Below, piece by piece: positions 59,775 to 64,000 of a stretch of DNA of 64,000 bases. The position numbers and the translations under genes are program-made. The first letter of the stretch is position 1, and each line of letters opens with the position of its first letter. The notes under the pieces were generated by a model that saw nothing but the letters and a program-made list of their open reading frames with translations, was not told the DNA's origin and did not search any database. Source of the DNA: Bacteroidales bacterium (GTDB lineage Bacteria; Bacteroidota; Bacteroidia; Bacteroidales; VadinHA17); NCBI GenBank assembly GCA_020201035.1, contig JAIVHO010000031.1, positions 294,122 to 358,121 on the forward strand. Reading direction: 5' to 3'.

Positions 59775-61777
59775 ATGTATGACATTCTTGAGTTAAACAA
59801 AAAGCTGCTTCCCGATCTTAGGGAAATAGCCAAAGAGCTTAAGATCAAAAGAGTAGAATCGTACCGTAAACAGGATCTGATCTATCTCATTCTTGATCAG
59901 CAGGCTATAGAGGGCGCTGCCGGTTCAAAAAGCGGTGACAATAAAAAAAATCAGCCAGCTAAGGATAATAGTAGTAGCGAGTCTGATTTTGGTAAAGGGC
60001 GCCGACCCAGAACAAAATCTGACAGTTACGTTAAAATATCAAAGGATAAGTCGGCCCGCAAAAGTGATGAGCCGGGAAATACCGGCCACCAGAAGCCTGA
60101 ACAGGAAGCTGACAACAAGCCTTCTCCAAAAGAGGAGATCCGCCGCAATGACAACCGTCAGCCCGTGGCCGGGGGTGACAGCAGGCAACATCCTAAGGAA
60201 AATCGTAATGCCCCGGACCGTGACAGGCAGCCAAGGCGTGAACGACCATCCGTCAAATCTGACCAGAGAGATGATTCTCAGGGAGATCAGAGTAAAGAGA
60301 ACAGGCGGTCAGACCAGCGGCCAGACCAGCGGCCAGATCAGCGGTCAGATCAAGAAGAGATCAACATAAGAGCGACCAGCCGGTACAGCAGCAAAGGCAA
60401 CAGCACAGGCAGGAGCAGCAGCCACAGCAACAGCAGGAGCAGCAGCCACAGCAACAGCAGGAGCAACAGCCTCAGCAACAGCCTCAGCAACAGCCTCAGC
60501 AACAGCCTCAGCAACAGTCTCAGCAACAGTCTCAGCAACAGCCTGTCCAGCAGAGACAGCAACATCAAAGACAGCAGCAAAGTGATAACAGACCTTCGCC
60601 GGTTCAGGAAAAGAGAGAGCCAAAACAATCTGAACCTGCAGAAAAGCAGTATGAGTTTGAAGGTATTGTTGCCAATACAGGTGTACTGGAAATAATGCCC
60701 GACGGCTATGGTTTCCTCAGGTCTGCCGATTACAACTATCTCAACTCTCCGGACGATATTTATGTATCACAATCACAGATCAAACTATTTGGTCTCAAGA
60801 CAGGTGATACCGTAAAGGGGACCATCAGGCCGCCCAAAGAGGGTGAGAAATATTTCCCGCTTATTAAGGTGGAAGAGATAAACGGCCGCTCACCCGACTT
60901 TATCCGTGACCGTGTACCCTTTGATTACCTGACGCCTCTCTTCCCTGATGAGAAATTCACTCTATGCACACCGGGAGAGGGTAATACATCGGTAAGGGTT
61001 GTGGATATGTTTTCACCCATTGGCAAGGGACAGAGAGGGCTTATCGTAGCCCAGCCAAAGACAGGAAAAACGGTACTGCTCCAGGATATAGCCAACGCTA
61101 TAGCCAAGCATCACCCGGAGGTTTACCTTATGATTCTGCTTATTGATGAAAGACCTGAAGAGGTTACCGATATGGCAAGGAACGTAAATGCCGAGGTAAT
61201 AGCTTCTACTTTTGATGAACCGGCAGAAAGGCATGTAAGGGTTGCCAATATTGTGCTTGAAAAGGCAAAAAGAATGGTTGAATGTGGTCATGATGTAGTT
61301 ATACTGCTCGACTCCATTACCAGGCTGGCACGTGCCTTTAATACCATATCACCTGCTTCAGGCAAGGTACTCTCAGGTGGTGTTGACTCCAATGCTCTGC
61401 ATAAACCCAAAAGGTTTTTTGGCGCTGCCCGTAATATCGAACACGGCGGATCACTGACCATCCTTGCAACGGCACTCACAGAGACCGGTTCAAAGATGGA
61501 TGATGTGATTTTCGAGGAGTTTAAGGGAACAGGGAACATGGAGCTTCAGCTCGACCGTAAGCTTTCTAACAGAAGGATATTCCCTGCCATCGATATTCCC
61601 GCCTCAAGCACCAGAAGGGAAGATCTGCTTCTTGATAAGCACGCCCTGAATAAAATCTGGATACTCCGCAACTATCTTACCGATATGAATTCGGTTGAAG
61701 CGATGGAATTTCTGCGTGACAGAATAAACAAGACCCGCTCAAACGAGGAGTTCCTTGTATCAATGAACGGAGAATAG
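59775..61777 (+). CDS. rho: transcription termination factor Rho with a long low-complexity N-terminal insertion; the reading frame changes within 60296-60692 (apparent frameshift or assembly indel)
   Basis: Frame 0 encodes the N-terminal helix bundle plus an RD/Q-rich insertion. Frame 2 encodes [25 protein letters not shown], Walker [26 protein letters not shown] and the remaining Rho body through to the stop at 61777. Confidence 0.88.
60310..60547 (+). repeat. in-frame coding tandem repeats inside the rho insertion
   Basis: CAGACCAGCGGC x about 3 (60310-60345), a 24-bp unit x2 (60411-60458), and CAACAGCCTCAG x7 (60464-60547). All periods are multiples of 3. Confidence 0.9.
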
Positions 61778-61784
61778 ATAGTCA

Positions 61785-61810
61785 AATCTCCGGATTCTAA
61801 TCCGGAGATT
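61785..61810 (+). terminator. stem-loop after rho
   Basis: A 10-bp perfect stem, AATCTCCGGA-TTCTAA-TCCGGAGATT. The downstream T-run is weak. Confidence 0.5.
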
Positions 61811-61843
61811 GATCTATTGCTATGTCAAAAATATTATTGTTAA

Positions 61844-64000
<2,157 letters not shown>

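Noticed and set aside
60345-60628. Two 92-aa minus-strand ORFs (Ala/Val-rich and Leu-rich) inside the rho repeat.
   Set aside because: They exist only because CAG/CAA/CCT repeats lack stops in every frame. They lie antisense to rho.
60296-60692. Programmed -1 ribosomal frameshifting in rho.
   Set aside because: There is no X XXY YYZ slippery heptamer in frame 0, no homopolymer run of five or more, and no obvious downstream pseudoknot or hairpin in the overlap. An indel error in a repeat-rich region is more parsimonious. The region is kept as a finding, but not as a PRF call.
60693-60697. A TAATG stop/start overlap, suggesting that rho is two translationally coupled genes (an N-terminal ORF plus the body).
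   Set aside because: The ATG sits inside a conserved Rho motif (GVLEI|MPDGYGFLR), and conserved residues ([15 protein letters not shown]) are encoded upstream of it in the same frame. The junction is therefore a by-product of a frame break, not a gene boundary.

Overview
All calls come from reading the sequence and the ORF track and from recalling family motifs. No homology search, RNA folding or covariance model was run.

The window looks like a chromosomal segment of a Bacteroidota genome, probably an anaerobic Bacteroidia-like organism. Support: TAnnTTTG/-33 TTTG promoters, an S46 peptidase, a PorT-like protein, a BlaR1-TonB fusion, a glycyl-radical enzyme and PFOR.

The core (15.6-29.1 kb, minus strand) is the classical translation/transcription cluster: tRNA-Thr/Tyr/Gly/Thr, tuf, tRNA-Trp, secE, nusG, rplK, rplA, rplJ, rplL, rpoB, rpoC and DUF3467. 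It is followed by hpf, a xerC-like recombinase and rpsU.

The flanks carry mostly housekeeping or metabolic genes:
- Left flank: a glycyl-radical enzyme with its activase, an HMGL-type carboxyltransferase, a 7TMR-DISM histidine kinase, a DPP11-type S46 peptidase, and maf/ubiA/kdsC/DUF2520.
- Right flank: two Na+ symporters, a BamA/TamA-like protein, trmH, porT-like, ubiE, redox enzymes, msrBA, a large BNR protein, gap, a blaI/blaR1-TonB pair, a luxC-like reductase, miaA, rpe, rpoD, rho and nifJ.

I found no defence island, CRISPR array, prophage or transposon, and no clear novel multi-gene system. The items worth a second look are:
1. rho is split between two reading frames inside a Q-rich tandem-repeat insertion.
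2. The carboxyltransferase has a biotinyl-like domain in which the biotin-accepting lysine is replaced (EAMKM -> ESGTN).
3. Several non-coding purine-rich tandem arrays carry a strictly periodic NCAG / CAGATAAG core. One forms the whole 5' leader of the luxC-like gene.
4. The AGCS symporter's conserved N-terminus lacks a canonical start codon and lies in frame with the upstream SNF symporter.
5. The activase next to a dehydratase-class glycyl-radical enzyme has no ferredoxin-like insert.
6. A cluster of GC-rich hairpins, including a UUCG tetraloop, sits upstream of an uncharacterised Fe-S protein.
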